Below are positions 60,353 to 64,000 of a stretch of 64,000 bases of DNA, piece after piece. The position numbers were made by a program, and so were the translations under genes. Under the pieces are notes generated by a model. That model ran no database searches, was not told where the DNA came from, and saw only the letters and a program-made list of their open reading frames with translations. Each line of letters begins with the position of its first letter. Position 1 is the first letter of the stretch. The DNA is from Acidobacteriota bacterium (GTDB taxonomy: Bacteria > Acidobacteriota > Blastocatellia > RBC074): assembly GCA_019639255.1 (NCBI GenBank), contig JAHBSF010000002.1, forward strand, positions 5,117 to 69,116, written 5' to 3'.

Positions 60353-61293
60353 GTCTTTCGGCGTTCACCGAGCTTTCACCCGTATGGCGAATGGGAGCAA
60401 TTCTCCTCGGCGTACTCGTTCTGGCTTCTGCAATCACGGTAATCCTGCGTGTTTTGCAGCCGAAGCGGAACTTCAGCGAACTCAGCGCGCGCGTGGCTTC
60501 GTGGTGGGCGATGGCGGCGGTATTTTTCGGCGCAGTAGCGGTAAGCGACAGGCTTGCACTGGTGCTGCTGGCGTTCCTGAGCTTCTGGGCGATGAAGGAA
60601 TACGTCACGCTGCTAAAGACGCGCCCCGCCGATCATTCCGGGTTGGTTCTCACGTTTCTGGCCGTACCGATTCAGTATTACTGGATATGGATCGGTTGGT
60701 ACGGAATGTTCGTCATTTTTATTCCTGTATATGTTTTTCTGATTTTGCCTGTGCGGCTGGTGCTGTCGCGCGAGACCGCCGGTTTTGTAGCCTCAGCGTC
60801 GCAGATCCAATGGGGGCTGATGGCGTTTGTATTCGGTCTTAGCCACCTGGGTTTTCTGCTCGTAATGCCGCCGACGCTCGATGGGGAGTCCAACGGAAGG
60901 GCGCTTCTGCTTTTTCTCGTCTTTGTCACCGAGATCAGCGACGTATTGCAGTACATATGGGGCAAGACCTTCGGTCGCAGGAAAATTCTGCCGAGCGTGA
61001 GTCCCGACAAGACCTGGGAGGGATTCCTGGGCGGCATTGCGACTACGGTTTTGATAAGCATCGGACTGCGATTTCTGACGCCGTTTACGGTTGCTGAAAC
61101 CGCGATCGTAGCCCTGATGACGACGCTTGCAGGTTTCGGCGGCGGGGCCGTAATGAGCGCGGTCAAACGGGATTTCGGCGTCAAGGATTTCGGCGGCCTG
61201 ATTCCCGGACACGGCGGGATGCTGGATCGCGTGGATTCGCTTTGTTACGCCGCTCCCATATTCTTCCACTATGTCCGCTACTTCCACTACTGA
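60349..61293 (+). CDS. cdsA: Phosphatidate cytidylyltransferase (CDP-diacylglycerol synthase)
   Basis: The C-terminal 'SPDKTWEGFLGG...IPGHGGMLDRVDSL' is the CTP_transf_1 signature. Confidence 0.8.
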   Translation: MSLSAFTELSPVWRMGAILLGVLVLASAITVILRVLQPKRNFSELSARVASWWAMAAVFFGAVAVSDRLALVLLAFLSFWAMKEYVTLLKTRPADHSGLVLTFLAVPIQYYWIWIGWYGMFVIFIPVYVFLILPVRLVLSRETAGFVASASQIQWGLMAFVFGLSHLGFLLVMPPTLDGESNGRALLLFLVFVTEISDVLQYIWGKTFGRRKILPSVSPDKTWEGFLGGIATTVLISIGLRFLTPFTVAETAIVALMTTLAGFGGGAVMSAVKRDFGVKDFGGLIPGHGGMLDRVDSLCYAAPIFFHYVRYFHY

Positions 61294-61963
61294 AGAAAAT
61301 CGCGCTGCGTCGTCCGCCGCAACCGGAAGGAGCGTATGGGCGGATCTTTTTCAGCGGCTGATATTCGCTCTTGCGATCAAGCCGTTTATGATCCTGTTCA
61401 TAGGCCTTCGCGTCAGCGGTCGCCGACATTTGCCCGAAAAGGGGCCGTTTATCCTCTATGCAAACCACAGCAGCCATCTGGATACGGTATCGCTGCTGAG
61501 CCTTTTCCCCACACGCAGGCTGCGCGAACTTCGCCCGGTGGCGGCGGCCGACTATTTCGAGCGCAACCGCTGGGTATCGATGTTTTCGCGCACGTTTTTC
61601 AATACGCTGCCCATTGCCCGTCGCGACATATCGCAAACGAACAATCCGCTCAAAGGCATGCTCTCGGCGATTGAGTCCGGTCAAGCGCTTATCATCTTTC
61701 CTGAAGGAACCCGGGGAAGCGGCGAATCGCTGGGGGCGTTCAGATCGGGGCTTTCGCATCTCGTTGAACAGGCGCCCGGCATTCCCGTTGTGCCCGTAGC
61801 CCTCGTGAACATGGGGCGAAGCCTTCCCAAGGGCGCTTTGATTCCGGTGCCGTTTTTTTGTGAAATCCGCGTAGGTGAACCCCGCGTCCCGTCGGGAGCG
61901 CGATCGGAGATACGGCGGGAGCTTGAGGGCGCGCTTCGTAATCTACTCGAGGGCGGCCGATGA
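61271..61963 (+). CDS. plsC: 1-acyl-sn-glycerol-3-phosphate acyltransferase (lysophospholipid acyltransferase)
   Basis: It has the 'ANHSSHLD' HxxxxD motif and 'IIFPEGTRG'. It overlaps cdsA by 23 nt. Confidence 0.8.
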   Translation: MSATSTTEENRAASSAATGRSVWADLFQRLIFALAIKPFMILFIGLRVSGRRHLPEKGPFILYANHSSHLDTVSLLSLFPTRRLRELRPVAAADYFERNRWVSMFSRTFFNTLPIARRDISQTNNPLKGMLSAIESGQALIIFPEGTRGSGESLGAFRSGLSHLVEQAPGIPVVPVALVNMGRSLPKGALIPVPFFCEIRVGEPRVPSGARSEIRRELEGALRNLLEGGR

Positions 61964-62058
61964 CTGAACAAACGAAATAAAACGAAAATGAGTTAAAAGT
62001 TGATTATTTCCGTCTGTTCCGTCCTGTTTCGTTTGTTCCGTTATTTCTCTTTTATGTC
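61964..62058. repeat. Hairpin repeat family 1, copy H (left tip overlapped by the plsC stop codon)
   Basis: 'CTGAACAAACGAAATAAAACGAAAATGAGTTAAAAG-TTGATTATTTCCG-TCTGTTCCGTCCTGTTTCGTTTGTTCCGTTATTTCTCTTTTAT'. Confidence 0.65.
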
Positions 62059-62102
62059 CCGATGTCGTTTGGTTTGATTTGTAGATCTGGATTTCGCGCG
62101 TA

Positions 62103-62132
62103 TTGACAGCCCTTGAGCCGCTGCCGTAATTT
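62103..62132 (+). promoter_or_regulatory. Candidate sigma-70-type promoter (TTGACA-18 bp-TAATTT) upstream of the K+ channel gene
   Basis: The hexamers were read directly ~45 bp upstream of the ATG at 62175. It is a weak, purely sequence-based call. Confidence 0.25.
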
Positions 62133-62174
62133 GCTCCGGGCTTTTGCGGAAACAGATCCCATAGACGAGAAAAA

Positions 62175-63212
62175 GTGCTCAGGAAACGAATCATATATGC
62201 AGTCGCAGTAGTGACATCGCTTGTCGCGGCCGGAACAATCGGATACAGGGTAATCGAGGGTTGGGACTGGTTTGACGGCCTGTACATGACGATCATCACT
62301 CTGTCTACGATCGGTTACGGAGAAGTCCACGAGCTCACCGAACCGGGGCGCGTGTTTACGCTGGTGTTGATTGTGTTCGGGCTGGTAATGTTCGGGTATC
62401 TGGTTTCGAGCCTCACCCAAATGTTGATCGAAACCGAATTCGAGTCGGTCTTTGGGAGGCGAAAGTTGTTCAAGGACATCAGCAAGCTGCGCGACCACTA
62501 TATAATCTGCGGCGCGGGCAGGGTGGGCAGCCGGGTATTGGATGAGCTACGCCGAAAGAATGTAAACTTCATCGTCATAGAGCGGGATCAGGCGGTTGCC
62601 CAACAGTTGCTTGTGCGCGGCGATCTGGTGTTGGTCGGTGACGCAACGGACGAGATGGTTCTCCAGGGTGCGCACGTGCGTGAAGCTCGCGCATTGATTA
62701 CTACGGCCTCGAGCGATCCCGAAAACGTTTACATCGTTCTGACTGCGCGCGGTCTGAACCCGAATCTTTTCATAGTAGCGCGCGCAATAGATGAAGCCGC
62801 AGAACGTCAACTTATGCGTGCGGGAGCAAACAAAGTGGTGTCTCCGGTGCTGATCGGCAGCCATCGGATGGCGCAGGCGGCGCTTACACCGGCCGTGGCG
62901 GATTTTCTCGAATTGACTACGATGACCGAGTCTCTCGACCTGAACTTCGAGCAGGTGCGCATCTCGCCCGGCTCGCCCCTGGATGGTGTGGCCCTGAAGG
63001 ACGCGGGAATACGCACCGAACACAATACAATTGTAGTGGCTATCACAAGCTTGGACGGACAGATGTATTTCAATCCGGCGGGCGATCACATACTGCGCTA
63101 CGGCGATCTAATGATCGCCATCGGTACGCGTGCAAGTCTTGATAAACTGGCCGAGCTTGCCCGGTATAAACCGGGACAGACCCGTCATCTTCCGAAAATC
63201 AATGAATTGTAA
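62175..63212 (+). CDS. Two-TM potassium channel with cytoplasmic RCK (TrkA-N/TrkA-C) gating domain (MthK-like)
   Basis: It has a pore helix plus the filter 'TLSTIGYGE', the RCK Rossmann motif 'HYIICGAGRVGSRV', and a C-terminal TrkA-C ('EQVRISPGSPLDGVALKD'). Confidence 0.85.
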   Translation: MLRKRIIYAVAVVTSLVAAGTIGYRVIEGWDWFDGLYMTIITLSTIGYGEVHELTEPGRVFTLVLIVFGLVMFGYLVSSLTQMLIETEFESVFGRRKLFKDISKLRDHYIICGAGRVGSRVLDELRRKNVNFIVIERDQAVAQQLLVRGDLVLVGDATDEMVLQGAHVREARALITTASSDPENVYIVLTARGLNPNLFIVARAIDEAAERQLMRAGANKVVSPVLIGSHRMAQAALTPAVADFLELTTMTESLDLNFEQVRISPGSPLDGVALKDAGIRTEHNTIVVAITSLDGQMYFNPAGDHILRYGDLMIAIGTRASLDKLAELARYKPGQTRHLPKINEL

Positions 63213-63245
63213 CCACCGAACGGAACAATTGTCAGGTTTCAGATT

Positions 63246-64000
63246 ATGCCTAAACGAAAACCTTCGAGTAATAATTCCGGGTTTGCAATCTTGACTATAT
63301 TGCTTTTTGTTCCGGTTATTGCGGTATTTCCTGTAATACGGACCTCGGCGAGGAGCAATCAAACGGTCCGTTCCGAACAAAACATACGGGTCTCGCCTTC
63401 CGAGACGACACGAAGAAACGTCGGCAGGTTTTTCGACAAGATGCGCGCGGGGAAAACCGTGAGCGTGGCCTGGTTCGGAGGCTCGGTAACGGCAGGCGCC
63501 GATGCAAGCGACCCTGCAAAGACATCGTACCGGGCGCTGGTCTCCGAATGGTTGCGCGCACAGTTCCCGCAGGCCAGGATACAGGAAATAAACGCCTCGG
63601 TCGGCGGCACGGGCTCGCTCTATGCTTCGATGCGCGCGCGCCGGGATGTCATCGCGCACAAACCGGATCTGGTATTCATCGAATTTGCGGCAAACGACGC
63701 CGAGGAGCGCGAGTCAGTGGTCAAACGCTCGGTCGAGGGTATACTTCGTCAGTTTCTCACCGTGCCGCAACCGCCGGAAATCGTGCTGCTTTACGCCCCG
63801 AACGAGCAGCGCAACGCACGCGCCGAATGGCACGATGAAGTCGCCGCCTACTACCGTACTCCCTCTCTCGACCTTCAGGAGAAAACCTGGAAACTGATCA
63901 AGGAAGGAAAATTTTCATCTGCGGCATTATGGAAAAATGGCGGGCATCCGCTCGATGCCGGGCATCGAGTCTTCGCGCAACTCATCACCGACTTTCTGAG
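63246..64000 (+). CDS. SGNH/GDSL-family hydrolase, 3'-truncated by window end
   Basis: The ORF is open to the window end. It has an N-terminal TM/signal, block I 'VAWFGGSVTAG', 'NASVGGTGS', and block V 'GGHPLDAGH' (DxxH). Confidence 0.5.
   Translation, partial: MPKRKPSSNNSGFAILTILLFVPVIAVFPVIRTSARSNQTVRSEQNIRVSPSETTRRNVGRFFDKMRAGKTVSVAWFGGSVTAGADASDPAKTSYRALVSEWLRAQFPQARIQEINASVGGTGSLYASMRARRDVIAHKPDLVFIEFAANDAEERESVVKRSVEGILRQFLTVPQPPEIVLLYAPNEQRNARAEWHDEVAAYYRTPSLDLQEKTWKLIKEGKFSSAALWKNGGHPLDAGHRVFAQLITDFL

Overview
This is a high-GC bacterial chromosomal segment with mostly housekeeping and accessory metabolic genes. Several features point to an Acidobacteria-like origin (inference, no taxonomic search was possible): CarboxypepD_reg-type TonB-dependent receptors, an Alternative Complex III plus caa3 oxidase super-operon, and DUF1080 and DUF3500 proteins. 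No rRNA, tRNA, CRISPR, transposase or integrase was recognised by eye.

Main content in order along the window:
- Three very large TonB-dependent receptor genes.
- A glucarate-dehydratase-like enolase-superfamily gene.
- An Arn-like sugar-lipid modification operon: GT21 ceramide-glucosyltransferase/HpnI-like glycosyltransferase, small 4-TM DMT flippase-like protein, DegT aminotransferase, NAD epimerase/dehydratase, an unmistakable AGAT/StrB1-type amidinotransferase, and a GT39/ArnT-like glycosyltransferase.
- A Zn-dependent alcohol dehydrogenase, SnoaL-like protein, secreted esterase, MFS transporter, amidohydrolase, Dabb-fold protein and ChrA.
- A 2013-aa single-polypeptide regulator fusing a degenerate Ser/Thr-kinase-like domain, an AAA16/STAND NTPase, GAF domains and a sigma-54 activator.
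- An ECF sigma factor.
- A cytochrome-c-fused PQQ dehydrogenase bracketed by two paralogous CocE/NonD-type hydrolases.
- A 12.7-kb minus-strand actABCDEF plus Sco-CoxB-CoxA-CoxC-CoxD respiratory operon.
- HrpB helicase and a DUF3500 protein.
- A phospholipid cassette (CDP-alcohol phosphatidyltransferase, CdsA, PlsC).
- An RCK-gated K+ channel and a partial SGNH hydrolase.

The most striking non-coding signals are three families of palindromic repeats:
- Family 1 is a ~100-bp imperfect-palindrome hairpin element (GAGAGATAACGGAACAAACGAAAT ... ATTTCGTTTGTTCCGTTATCTCTC). It is present in 8 copies plus degenerate relics, mostly within 5-110 bp downstream of stop codons.
- Family 2 is a 180-350-bp palindromic element with long terminal inverted repeats and an asymmetric core found in both orientations (3 copies).
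- Family 3 is an ~85-bp conserved element lying 20-40 bp upstream of two unrelated plus-strand genes. One copy truncates a HicB/RHH-antitoxin-like ORF.

Refined start codons were placed by counting codons from the ORF-track ends, so they are frame-consistent. Absolute positions read from the printed sequence may be off by 1.
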